DNA of 64,000 bases from Mustelus asterias (Eukaryota). This document shows, in pieces, positions 12,979 through 25,439 of this stretch. The DNA is taken from assembly GCF_964213995.1 (NCBI RefSeq), contig NC_135817.1, forward strand, positions 48,422,001-48,486,000, given 5' to 3'. Both the position numbers and the translations under genes were made by a program. The notes under the pieces were generated by a model that was not told where the DNA came from, did not search any database, and was given only the letters and a program-made list of their open reading frames with translations. Numbering within the stretch: position 1 is the stretch's first letter; every line of letters begins with the position of its first letter.

Positions 12979-13238
12979 AGTTTGTACGTTCTTCCCATGT
13001 CTGCGTGGGTTTCCTCCGGTTTCCTCCCACAGTCTAAAGATGTGCAGATTAGGTGGATTAGCCATGGTAAATTGCTCCTTAGTGTCCCAAGATGCGTAGG
13101 TTAGATGGATTAGCCAGGGTAAATGTTTGGGGATGCACAGATAGGGCAGGTGAGAGGGCCTAGGTAAGATACTCTGTCAGAGAATTGGTGCAGACTTGAT
13201 GGGCTGAATGGTCTTTTCTATACTGTAAGGATTCTATG
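12845..13238 (+). mobile_element. tRNA-derived V-SINE/HE1-like SINE nested in CR1
   Basis: gtggttagcactgctgcctcacag head, ggttcaattc B-box, tgcgtgggtttcctccgg core, CR1-like tail. Confidence 0.85.
12922..12977. repeat. (TG)n microsatellite within the SINE
   Basis: About 28 uninterrupted TG units. Confidence 0.95.
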
Positions 13239-15079
13239 ATACTATTAGATTTAAGGATAAGCTCAACAACTACACATCAGTCAGTTTAACCTCAATGGTA
13301 GGAACATTTTTTTAGAAATGATAATCTGGAATAAAATTAGCACTCATATAGACAAATGTAGATTAATGAATGGAAGCTAGCATGGATCTGTTAAAGGCAA
13401 ATCAAGTATAATTAACCTGATGAGAATTTTGATGCTATAATGTAGAGGGCTAAAGCCGGGGGGTGTGTGGAGAGGAGAGGGGGTTACAGGAGGGTTACAG
13501 TTGATGTGGTGTACATGGACTTCTAAAAGGCATTAGATGAAGGGCCACATAATAAGGTTTCCCAGAAACGGTAAAATCCATGAAATAAAAGGGTCAGTGG
13601 CAGCATAGGTACCAAATTGGCTGAGTGACAGGAAACAGAAGCAATGAATGGTTGTTTTATGGGCTGAGGATGGTATACAATGGGGTTCCCAGGAATCAGA
13701 ACTGGGACCACTGTTTCTCCTGATCTATGTTAATGACCTAGATTTAGGTGTGCAGGGCACAATGCCAAAATTTGCAGATGACACAACATTTAGGAGTATT
13801 GTGAAGTATGAGGAGCATAATGATGGACTGCAAGAAGACATGGAGAGTGGTAGAATGGGCGGATAGGTGGCAGATGAAATTTAATGCAGAGAATTGTAAA
13901 GTGATAGACTTTGATAGGAAGAATGGGGGAGGCAATTATAAATGAAGGATATGGCTCTAAAGCAAGTGCAGGAGCAGAGGGTGTATATGTGCACAAATCG
14001 TTGAAGATGGCAGGGCAGGTTGAGAAACTACTAAATAAAGGATCCTGGGCTTTATAAATACTGTGTGGAGTACATAAGCAAAGAAGTTATGATGAACCAT
14101 TACAAAACACTGGTTCAGCTTCATCTGTAGTATTGTGTCTAAATTTTGATCACCATACTTGAGATAGGATGTGAAGGCATTAGAGAAAGTGCAGAAAGTT
14201 GTAGGGTCCATAAACAGGGAACATAGATTTAGGGTAAGAGGTAGAGGGTTTAGAGTGGATTCAAGGGAAAATTCTTTCACCCAGAGGGCAGTGGGGATCT
14301 GGAATACACTGCCTGAAAGATTGGTAGAGGCAGAAATCCTCATAACATTTAAAAAGTACTTGGATACGGACATGGTATGTAGTAACGTACAAGGCCCCCT
14401 TCAATGTTGCAAATTATGATCCCAGCAAAGATTTATGAGAATGATTCCAGAATGTGGGACTTCAGTTATGTGGGTAGATTAAAGAAGCAGGGATTTTTCT
14501 TCTTGGAGAAGAGAAAGTTTGGAGGAGATTTGATAGAGATATTCAAAATCATAAAGGGACTGGATAGAATAGAGAGAGAGAAACTCTTCCCAATGGAGAA
14601 AGCATTGAGAACCAGAGTGCACAGACTTCAGGTAAATGGCAGAGGCAACACAAGGAGAAACCTTTATATGCAGCATGTAGTTACGATATGGATTGTCCTG
14701 CCTGAGATTGTAGTCAAGGCAGATTCAATACTGACTTTGAGAAGGGAATTACATAATTATCTGAAGAGGAGAGATTTGCAGGGCTACAGGGTGAGAGTAG
14801 GGAATGGGACAAAGGCTGAGCTGCTCTTGCAAGAGAGCCAGCATGTTTTGTGCTTTTACCATGTATGAATCCATTCCGATTGCTTTCTCCATCTTAACAC
14901 TGAGACTCCCCCAATTAAAGTCACAAACGACATTTTCTGTGACTGTGATTGATAGACATTATATTTATTTGTCCACCATAATCCCCCCTCTGCAGTCTTT
15001 GCCGTTGTCAAACCATTGCTTCAACAATCTTTCTTTTTAATTGTCCAGCTGAGTGGGATTTTCGTTGTTAGGTCTTAAA

Positions 15080-16018
15080 CAAACAAAAGAACAAAGAACA
15101 ATACAGCACAGGAACAGGCCCTTCGGCCCTCCAAGCCTGCGCCGCTCCCCGGTCCAGGATTGAATCCTGAATCCAGGATCCCCGCCCAATTTTCCAGCCT
15201 ATCTACATACCAATATCCTATCCACCGAGCTGTCCCTCACAGCTACGATGCTTTGTTCATTACAACCTATTAACTCACCCCCACCCCCCCCATTCCAGAC
15301 CATGTGATCTCCAGGGAGGGGCGAAAACCCAGAGTGAAAAACCCCAGGGCCAATATGGGGAAAAAAAATCTGGGAAATTCCTCTCCGACCCCCTGAGGCG
15401 ATCGAAACGAGTCCAGGAGATCACAATGGCCCTGATCGGGAAATGCTTCCCAACCCTAGTCATTTCCACTTCCACGAACACCATATGAATTCCCTGCCCC
15501 CGAGACAGGTTCCCAACTATCTGCAGTCTCGCTCTGTACTGGCACCAGCAAGATGATCACAGAATGAAGCCTTGAAACGAGAAACAAGGAACAATTAGCC
15601 CGCGCCGCTCCCTGGTCCAGACTAGACCACTCTTTTGTATCCCTCCATTCCCACTCCGTTCATATAGCTGTCTAGATAAGTCTTAAACGTTCCCAGTGTG
15701 TCCGCCTCCACCACCTTGCCCGGCAACACATTCCAGGCCCCCACGACCCTCTGTGTGAAATATGTCCTTCTGATATCTGTGTTAAACCTCCCCCCCTTCA
15801 CCTTGAACCTATGACCCCTCGTGAACGTCACCACCGACCCGGGGAAAAGCTTCCCACCGTTCACCCTATCTATGCCTTTCATAATTTTATACACCTCTAT
15901 TAAGTCTCCCCTCATCCTCCGTCTTTCCAAGGAGAACAACCCCAGTTTCCCCAATCTCTCCTCATAACCAAGCCCCTCCATACCAGGCAACATCCTGGTA
16001 AACCTCCTCTGTACTCTC
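15080..16018 (-). mobile_element. Young CR1 3' fragment with an extended 3' UTR
   Basis: ORF 15622-15993 (MLPGMEGLGYEERLGKLGLFSLERRRMRGDLIEVYKIM); (TTCTTTG)n tail near 15084-15100. Confidence 0.9.
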
Positions 16019-18309
16019 TAGCAATGAGACTAGTGGCTTTTGGCCTGTTTCACTTGTAACATTTAGGCTAATGATGGACATAGTCTGAAAACCTTTTGCA
16101 TGCCATGTGACCGAAAGGGCTGCCTTATTGATGATGGCGTACCTCATTCTCTGTGTCTGACAGTCCTCTGGAAGCTTAGTATATCAGTTGGTGACTTCCA
16201 TCCAGCTTCTGTTGAAATAAGACCATTCCAATACTTGTAGATTAAGCATTTGCTGCGATGGTGGTGGATAGGGGTGGGTAGTAGTGGGCCAGAATGTTGG
16301 TTAAGAGTAGCATCGCTTTGATGCAAGTAAACACTTGCTCATGATGTGTGTCCTAGCACCATGCCTGGTCTTTTCAAGTAGACGTCTCAAAAGTTCTGTG
16401 GTCTGTGCCAGATTTAGAAGAGTTTTGCCAGCTGGTTCACCATCTCCATGAATCTTTGGAGGTCTGGAATCAAGGATAACGTTGGGACTATGCTAGTAGG
16501 TTTTGTTCACTGTGGGTCCCCAGTGATGTCTTTTATTGACGATGTATCCCAGGGACTGAATTGATGTCTTGGAGAACGCGTATTTCTCAATTAGCACCAG
16601 CCCTGCCTCCTCCAGGACTTTTAGAATTGCTGAGCCCTATGTCATGTTCTTCCATTGTTGTGCTGTGAACCAAAACATCATCCACATGGCAGATGACACT
16701 CTACAGGCCTTGCAAAATGGCAGTTATTGTATGTTGAAACATTTCCAGTGCTGAGGTGATTCTAAATGACAGGTGGGTGAAGCAGGATCTGCCAAAGTGG
16801 GTGATGAGTGTGGTCAGCAACCTGGACTCTTCATCTGGGAGAAGTTGCCAAAACATGCTGTTGTCATCAAGCTTTGAAAGCACCAGGCTCATAGAGAATA
16901 GGCAGGCTTGCGTCCACTGAGGACATCGAGCATACTTCTCTGGTTATGACTTTATTGAGCTATGTCAAGCTGACACAAATACAATGGATCGGTTCAGTTT
17001 TGAGACTGGGACCATCCTGAAACACCATGCGGTTGGGTGTGTGACTGCCATATTTGTTATCTTATCCAGCTGCTGTTGCCCTTATTTCACGAGTGGGTGG
17101 GCAATCTTTTGTGCTGTGATCAGACACATCGGTTTAGCATCTTCCCTCAGTGTGATCTTGCATTCATTTGCCAGTCACCCCAATCCTGTAAAGAACTTGG
17201 GAACTCCTTTTTATACTTGAAGCCAAGTCTTTGTTGCTTGACCTTGCCAATTTTTCGCAAAAGGTTGATGCCGATGGAGGCTTTTTTGGCTGAGCAGTAA
17301 ACAGTTCTGGTTGTGGACCAGTAACAGGGTTTTTGGATTCCTTTGACCTTGTACCTGAGTGTTGCCTGAAGAGTACCATTCACTGGGAGTTGAATGCCTC
17401 CTGCTCCATACAGGTTTGTTGTGATGGCATCAACCGTTGGATCACCAGCCATGGTTCTCTGCCTGATAGGAAAGTAACACTGACACGTATCCAATTTAAA
17501 GATTGCGAGATGGCCATTAACCAAGAGGTCTGTATTCCAGAACAAAAATCCAGTGACCTCACTCAAGCAACACTGCTGTGTGTCTTCTTGAGGTGCTATC
17601 TCGACCTCATGAACCTGCTTGGGGTCTTCTGAGAATTTTGATGTTTTGATTTTGCACAGGTTCCTGAGGTGTGCTGAAATTGGCAGACACTGATCACGCC
17701 TGTGAGGGCGCTTTGCTCCACAGTGCTGGCAGGCTTGCGCTTCTGCTCTATTAGGGTATTGTTTCACTTGGCCTGATGTCCTGTTTGCTTAGTGCCATGG
17801 TTTGCTTTCTCCCCTCAATAACGATCTATGTTGCAAACAGTTTTCAGATTGCCTGACAATCTGGATGGCTCTCAAGGGTTAGGTCCTCTTCTGCATGAAG
17901 CATGTGAGAGTGATGTCTGCCACTCTTCAACTACTCTATCCCTGATTGGCTTAGGTTTCGGGTCACAGTCTTCAGCCATTCTGTACGGCTCATTAGTGAA
18001 GGAATCAACAACTTTTCCTGGGTGCTGGACACATTTATTAAATTTAACACTTACAAGGATTTGTTACTTCTAAACTTCATTAAATTTTGCAGCTGATTCA
18101 TTGATTCCTTGTCTAGCTATTATATTGTCAGCTTTCGGGCCTACTGAATAAAAGCAGTGTGTTAACCTGTTCAGCTTCTGGTCTTTTTATCCAGACCTGA
18201 AACAATGTATCAAAAAGAATCTCTTTCGCCAAAGCCCCCAATTTTGTGATTGACCTGGGCATTGGATAAGTCCAAATTGATCAGAAGAATGGTGGTGGTC
18301 GTAGGGAGA

Positions 18310-18311
<2 letters not shown>

Positions 18312-18341
<30 letters not shown>
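18312..18341. repeat. Poly-G run (~30 nt) with GA flanks at a TE junction
   Basis: Direct sequence. Confidence 0.9.
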
Positions 18342-18342
<1 letters not shown>

Positions 18343-18344
18343 AG

Positions 18345-19323
18345 AGAGAGAGAGGAGAGAATCTCGCAGCAGCGCAGAGGACCAGGAGACATCAACGGAG
18401 GCCATGTAGCGGCCTTCCTGCTGGGTGCCATGGCCTCCGCACGTCTCCGACCACCAGATTTTTGACGCCGTCAGCCCTGTGCCCAATTTTGGCACGGAGC
18501 TGAATAGATTATTTAAATTCTGATTTACATCTGATTAGTGGGCCCAACACTGAAGTCTCTGGGCCCGCTAGCATCTCCCCCCCCACCAGGAATGTTTCAC
18601 TCTAGCGGGGTTGACATGGGAGCTGGAGGCCCGGCCCCGCTGGAGTGAAGGGGGGTCATGCAGCCCTCCCAGGAGGTCGGAAAGGGGGGGGGCTGCCCCT
18701 TGGGCATTGCTAGCTTGGCAGTGCCAGTCTGGCCCCCTGGCACTGCCCAAGGGCAAAGTGGCAATGCCCGGGACACCTTTGCACTGCCTAATGGGTACTG
18801 GGCAGTGCCAAGGGGGTGGGGCCTATAAGGGGGAAGATTAGTTGGGGTGGGGGATCCTGCTGCCACTCTGCACTGGGATCAGTGACAGAGGGAGGAGAGG
18901 GCTGATCAGGGCTGGTCATCGGGAGGGTGGGGGTGGTGGTTGTGTTGGAGCAGGCCCGAACACATCCGGGAGGCCAGCGATCGTATGGTGGGGTCGTGTG
19001 GCCAGCGATGTGGGGTTGTAGGGCAGGCCTGCGTTTGAGCTGGCCAGCGATCGGGAGGCTAGTAGTGCGGGGCTACTGCGTATGCGCCGATCTCCGCTAT
19101 GACAAATCAGTGCATGTGCAGTGCCCGCTCAGCGCTATGCTGCCGGCCTCTACACCAGGAATAGACCTCGCCCACTGATTTTGAGTGTGATTCATGCTAG
19201 GGCACTTTGCGATACACAGTGTGGGAGATTGATTTTGAAAATCCTGCTGAAAAAAACAGCGGGATTTACTCCAGTTTTTACTTGAATTCGGCACTTAGAA
19301 TTTTTTTGGGAGAATCCCACCCT
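18345..19323. mobile_element. GC-rich Harbinger-like non-autonomous element inserted in the Gypsy element
   Basis: TIR-like right end ggagaatcccaccc; abrupt GC/CpG rise; left end unclear. Confidence 0.5.
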
Positions 19324-19559
19324 GGATTTCTGATCCATGGTTAAAATTTTATAATTGCATGTTCAGCTTTGAGAGATTTCCGAAAATCTAAGACAGCACT
19401 TTTGTTGAACTTCTGTTCTTGATAGATTTGGCGGCATTCCGCAATAATGGCATTTGTGATCTCAGTATTTAAATTTTTGCAACAATTTGCCTGGGTTAAC
19501 TGGTTCGACTCATCCCGCTTTAGTTCCATGTTCTTGGGCTTTGAAGCATTGACTTTAAA

Positions 19560-19790
19560 AAAAATTTATTCATGGGACATAGGCGTTATGGGCTGGTCAG
19601 CATTTATTGCCCATCCTTGAGGGCAGTTGAGAGTCAACCACATTGCTGTGGGTCTGGAGTCACATGTAGGCCAGACCAGATAAGGGCAGCAGACTTCCTT
19701 CCCTAAAGGATATTAGTGAACTCGATGGGTTTTTCTGACAATTGACAGTGGTTTCATGGCCATCAGTAGATTCTTAATTCCAGATGCTGC
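19560..19790 (-). mobile_element. tRNA-derived SINE fragment (same family as 36955, 40152 and 42205 copies)
   Basis: Shared core ccctaaagga.attagtgaac..gatggg and tggagtcacatgtaggccagacc. Confidence 0.75.
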
Positions 19791-20254
19791 CTGCTTAGTA
19801 ACAATTAATTTTTAAGTAGTTAGTTATTTTCCTTTACTTGGAGTGAGCTCATCACCATATACTCAGGCACCAACTCGGGAATTGGGTTCCTCCAACTGCG
19901 ACTTAAAGGACAGTTTCTGATCACTGCAGTAGTTAACTTTATTCAGGGCGTGTGTTGTCCAGGAACTTTTAGTTCATTTTTGCTGGATAGGCTGGCTCTG
20001 CACACTCTGGTTATTGAAGCTGGATTTCCACAGGATTCAATTGAGTTTTCTGCTGCAGTGAGGAATTTAATTTCTGTCTTCAGCTTCCAAGCCTTTCTTT
20101 GGAGCTTTTCTCTGGTGATTTTCATCTGTGTCTTCACTTCTTGAACTTTTCATCATGTCATAATACTTCCTCGATTTTTCCTTCAGTTCTCCAGGATTTA
20201 AATTTTCTTCTGCAATGTCTCCGAGGTTTTGAATTATTCTACTCGCCGCCACCC

Positions 20255-20523
20255 TGTTACAAAGTGTTGAGCATGGTTCCCTGGTTTTATTAAGGTACTC
20301 ATAGACTTAAGTATTTCAACAGTAAGTATTTATCAATTACTAGAAACTATATACCTAGGTATGGTAAACGTCCAGGCTAGAGCAGTCTCCATGATTGCTT
20401 CTGCACATGGCTCTGTTCAACACTACACTCATCTCTAGCTGCAGGTCATGTGTTCGCTTACGTCATTGTGTGGGCAGCACTTCAGTCCCACGTTAACACT
20501 ATGTGCCAGATCCTTATACTACA
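20255..20523 (-). mobile_element. 5' LTR of the Gypsy element
   Basis: Minus strand TGTAGTA...TGTAACA, AATAAA near its 3' end, immediately followed by the PBS-like sequence. Confidence 0.75.
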
Positions 20524-20569
20524 ACCTCTCTACTACCTTGCTTGAGCCAATACTGCCTTTATGTTGTTC

Positions 20570-21160
20570 AGACCACCTTACTAACTTGAGCAAGATCACC
20601 TATTTACAGTTCTGTAACATCACCCATGTTTGTTTATACCTCAGTCCATTTGCTGCAGAAACTTTCATCCAAGCCTTTATCAGCTCAAAACTCAACTATT
20701 CCAACACTCTTCTGAACAGCCTCCCATTCTTCACCCTCCATAAAGTTAAGCACATCAAAAACTCTGCTGTCGGTATCCTCTCCTACACCAAGTTCTGCTT
20801 CATTATTCTTGCTCTTGCTGACCTACATTGTCTCCCAGTATCCTAATACCTCATGCTTAAATCCCTTTCCAAACCCCTCCAAACTCTGTTTGGTTGACAT
20901 AGTCTTTTATGCATCTCTACTTTCCTTTGTTTACCTTCATCTTCAACAAACTAGGCCCCATGCTTTTGGAACTCCCTTCCTAAACTCCTCTGGTTCTCCA
21001 CCTCATATTCCCTCCTTGAAAGCCAGCCCCTTGCCACATTTTTGGTCACTTCTTCTAACATCTTTTTTGACTAACCATCCAGTGCATTTTTACTGTACCA
21101 GCCTTGAAACCCTTTGGGATGTTTTTCTACATTGAAGGTGGCATGTAAATGCAAGTTGGT
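20570..21160 (+). mobile_element. L2 LINE 3' fragment
   Basis: AETFIQAFISSKLNYSNTLL resembles the L2 ETLIHAFVTSRLDYCN motif; L2-like tail. Confidence 0.75.
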
Positions 21161-22399
21161 ATATTTCTGCTGACAACAGAACACAAATATAAAAAGGTTC
21201 CACCCCATCTTCAAGTTTCTTCTCCTTTTCTGAAATCTGTAAATGAGATCTGCTTAGTTCCAGGTGCTCTGCCTTAGGGGCTTTTCTTCAACTGCAAGGC
21301 CAAATAATGAATGCTGCCATATTAGTGATCAATGGCCAGGAGAGGGGGTGGCATCAGAGCTGTTTTAGATCTGTCCTAACCAATGATGATATGGTTCATT
21401 GTCCAACAGGGGTTATTAGGTAAATCAGGGCCAAGTATCAGGGCCCTGATTTACAATTTCGTCCATTAATTCAGGGATATTAGAGCTCAAACTGCAGTTC
21501 CTGCTGTGATGCCCTGGGTGATGTCAATGGACTCAAAACACATCAGGGATTCATCTGGCTCAATATTGCATCCTGTGATTGAATTACCCACTCAGCTGAA
21601 TTTCCATGGCTTAAAATAGATATCAACATGCAAATTACATTTGCTTGTGCCAATAAATTTTAAGCAAAATTATTTTGAAACATATAGTATTGTCATGCTT
21701 CAGACTTTTGTGAGCATTTTCCACACAATTTAAGAAACTTATCTTTAAGTGTTAGGTTTTGAAACACATTTTTTGCCTCTCAGGGAGATCAAGTGATATG
21801 GGGAGTGGACAGGAAAGTGGAGTTAAGGCTAATCATATTGAATGGCAGAGCAGGTTTGCGGGATTGAATGTTCTACTCCTCCTCCTAGTTCTTACAACAG
21901 AATGGGTTTTACATAAGAACTTGAAATAGGAGCTGGAGTAGCCCATTTGGATCTTTGAGCTAGCTCTGCTTAAAAAGATCATGGCAAATCTTGTACCTCA
22001 ACTGCACCGTTGCACATTATCCCCGTATCTCTTTATTCCCTGAGCAGCCAAAAATCTATTGGCCTTTGTCGTGAATATACCCAACAAATGAGAGTGCACA
22101 TCTTTCTGGGGTAGAGGATTTCAAAGGTTCACAGTCCTTGGAATGAAAAAATAGCTCCCCATATCAATCCTACGTGGCCATTCTGAGACTGTGACCACTC
22201 CCATGTTCTAGACTCCCCTGCTGAGGAAACATTTTTTTGGTATCCACCTAATTTTTTATATTTCAATTGGATCACCTCTCACTCTTCCAATATGCAGGGA
22301 ACTTAAGCCCAGGCTACACAATCTTTTCCCGTAGGATAATCTCGATATCCCTGGAACTATTCGACTGAACCTTCGTTGCACTACCCCCAGGAAAAGCTT

Positions 22400-22516
22400 A
22401 AATTAAAGCAAAATACTGCAGACGCCTGAATCTGAAACAAAAACAGAAAGTGCTGGAAAAACAGGTCTGACAGCATCTGTGAAGAGAGAATAGAGCCAAT
22501 GTTCTGAGTCAAGACT
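22400..22516 (-). mobile_element. Short PLE 3'-end insertion
   Basis: Same sequence family as 4963-5176; 12-bp TSD caggaaaagYtt at 22388-22399 and 22517-22528. Confidence 0.75.
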
Positions 22517-23100
22517 CAGGAAAAGTTTGCCCATTCATAGGTAAGGAGACCAAAACTACACATGATACTCCTAGTATGGCCCCACCAATACCTTGCATAA
22601 TTGTAGTAAGACTTCTCTACTGTTATACTCCAATCCTTTTTTAACAAGAACATTTTTTCCTTCCTAACTACTTGCCGTATGTTAACTTTGTTGTTTGTGT
22701 ACAACTATAATGAAGTCACTCTGAATGTAGACATTTCCCAGTCTCTCACCATTTAAAAACCATTGTTTTATCTTTTCTACCAGAGTGGATAATGTAACAC
22801 TTCATCACATTATACTACATTTGACATGTTCCTGTCCACTCATCTAACCTGTTTATATCCCTCTGCAGCCTTTTTGTCCTCACCACTTACCTTCTCACCT
22901 AACTTTGTATAATCAGCAAATTTAGATATGTTGTACTCTGTCCCCTCAAAGTCATTAATATGGATTGTAAATAACTTAAGGCCCAGGGACCGATCCTTGT
23001 GGTACCCATCTAGTTAGAGCCTGCCAACTCAAATGTCCCCTTTATTCCAGCTCTGTGATCTGTCCATTAATCAATCCTTGTTCCATGTTATTACCTCTAA

Positions 23101-23341
23101 CGTGGAGATGCCGGCGTTGGACTGGGGTAAACACAGTAAGAAGTTTAACAACACCAGGTTAAAGTCCAACAGGTTTATTTGGTAGCAAAAGCCACACAAG
23201 CTTTCGAGGCTCTAAGCCCCTTCTTCAGGTGAGTGGCCACTCACCTGAAGAAGGGGCTTAGAGCCTCGAAAGCTTGTGTGGCTTTTGCTACCAAATAAAC
23301 CTGTTGGACTTTAACCTGGTGTTGTTAAACTTCTTACTGTG
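23101..23341. mobile_element. PLE-derived insertion containing a perfect 210-bp palindrome with hammerhead cores
   Basis: Arms 23132-23236 and 23237-23341 are exact reverse complements; 11-bp TSD attacctctaa at 23090-23100 and 23342-23352. Confidence 0.92.
23237..23282 (+). ncRNA. Minimal type-I hammerhead ribozyme motif (mirror copy on the minus strand)
   Basis: cac-CUGAAGA-a-ggggcu(uag)agccuc-GAA-AGCU-U-gug; core, stem II, palindromic stem III and short stem I present; activity untested. Confidence 0.6.
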
Positions 23342-24756
23342 ATTACCTCTAACCCCATGAGTCCTAATTTTGTGTAATAACCTCTTATGTGGCACCTTTT
23401 CAATTTAAAAAAAATCCAAATACACTCCATCCACTGATTCTCCATTATCCATCCTATTACCTGCCTCCTCAAAATACTCTTAACAAATTCATCAATCATG
23501 AGTTCCCGGCCATAAACAGTGTTGATGCTGCTTAATCATATTATGATTCTCTAATACCTCAAGATTGCTGGCATTTGTTGGAATGTGCACTAAATCTATG
23601 CATCCTGGATAATCAGAAATATTGTGATAATTACATTCATTAGGTGGGTCGTGGGGAAGATGGAATGCTCCTTGCTCCTTTCCATTGAAACTGGCTTTAT
23701 GTAAAGCTCAAAGGGAGGATGTGCAGAAGCAGAATTGTTTAGTAGCTCTTTTGGCAAGGGTTTAAGCTCAAGCCTCAATATTGTGTGGTATGCAGTCAGA
23801 CAAAGAAATAGTGCAGAATACAGCATGGCTGTGCAGAGAGGCTGTTCTGCCCTAGGCCGTAGGTCAAAACACAGAAGAATTATGTTTTGAAGTAAAATGA
23901 CCTATTAAAGTGGGATAGCATAGCACCATCATTATTTTACTTCATTATGATGAGATGATTGAATATAGAAATCTGATCAATACTATGACTCTGTTATGTC
24001 CATCTTCCTGGGAAAAAAACAAAGTTAATAACTCACAATAAGCCTCTGCTCACCAGGAAGTAATTTGGTCCACATTTGAAATGACTGATGAAATATATGC
24101 GTGAAAAATGGGATGATTCAAGCCAGATCATAAGGGAGAGCTGTTATTATATCCCTGGATTAAGCTATCATACAAATAGACAAAGTTCAGTGCGAGTCAA
24201 CTTTCATAAAAGTTAGATGCTCAGATTGCTTAATGGAACAACAGGTCAAGAGGTATCACAGTGGATCTAAATGGATAAGAAAAACCTGATTTTGGTGGAT
24301 TTGTTGCAATGATTGTTATTTTAGTATTAAAGTAGTGCAATATCCAGAAGAAAATGTACAGAATTCTAGGCTGACAATGCAGTTTTTCTCTATTTGTTAA
24401 TACTGATTTATACTTCAATAATTTGATGATATCGCAAAATTTAAATCTTAACTCTATTGCTTTATTTTTGTTAAACCCTTAATCTTCAAACGTGACTACT
24501 GACACATATACAATCCATGAAAATCTCTACATTAATTGGATTAAAATTGAGGACAAGCTAAGAAAATATATTAAAAGTGGTGGTAAACCCATTATTTTGA
24601 ATGGATCACGAATGAACATGCTGATCAGAAAATCTCACTTTATTTACCAATTCAGTATGGATCCTAATATTTTATTTTTAAACATAATATACTTTTTAAG
24701 AAGAATAAGTGTACATGCAACAGGAATTAATATTTTTAGCAGCAAACTAAACATTA

Positions 24757-25023
<267 letters not shown>

Positions 25024-25229
25024 TCAACTGGGCTGTGGTGGGCTTTCCCATGGTCTAATGTCCCGCATGCTGAGAATTGCAGGCCAGAGACTGGCTGTTC
25101 TTCGTTATTCCACAGTGTCACTGGAGAGGCAGTCTACCCTGCAAAGTATTCCTCATTAACAGCTGCGGACTTGCACTGAAGTTGGCAGACTTGCCCCACG
25201 AGGGACTGTATGCAACAGTCAAGATGGAA

Positions 25230-25432
25230 TCACATTCTCCCCATGTTTACGTGGGTTTCCTCCAGGTGCTCCGGTTTCCTCCCACAGTCCAAAGATGTGC
25301 AGGTTTGGCAAAGATAAATGTGCAGGGTACAGGGATAGGGCTGGAGGGTGGGCCTGGGTAAGATGCTCTGTCGGAGAGTTGGTGCAGACTTGATGGGCTG
25401 AACGGTCTCCTTCTGCACTATAGGGATTCTAT
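25230..25432 (+). mobile_element. V-SINE/HE1-like SINE fragment
   Basis: gtgggtttcctccaggtgctccggtttcctcccacagtccaaagatgtgcagg core. Confidence 0.8.
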
Positions 25433-25439
25433 GATGTCG

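Larger units (their letters stand above)
12440..14860 (+). mobile_element. Decayed CR1 LINE fragments
   Basis: LGPLFLLIYVNDLD..KFADDT and FTQRAVGIWNTLP motifs; many frameshifts. Confidence 0.85.
16020..20254 (-). mobile_element. Decayed Gypsy/Ty3 LTR retrotransposon internal region (gag-PR-RT), interrupted by other TEs
   Basis: gag-like WRKRF..EQVNTLL, CQHCG..H...C knuckle, FKLDT protease motif, SKLD..S.FWQL..DEESRLLTT.IT.FG RT motifs, CHMDDVLV; PBS-like gggtggcggcgag next to the LTR. Confidence 0.88.
21905..23550 (-). mobile_element. Decayed CR1 LINE, host to two PLE-derived insertions
   Basis: CR1 RT and 3' UTR similarity (tttgctgat, tggtctccttacc motifs). Confidence 0.75.

Noticed and set aside
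15385-15420. ctgaggcgatcgaaacgagtc as a hammerhead ribozyme
   Set aside because: The core reads CUGAGGC, not CUGANGA, and there is no room for stem II.
18187-18495. Poly-Pro/poly-Gly ORFs
   Set aside because: Translation artefacts of the G homopolymer at a TE junction.
23132-23341. miRNA precursor or CRISPR-like repeat
   Set aside because: No loop and no repeat-spacer array; the TSD and PLE tail explain it as a retroelement insertion.
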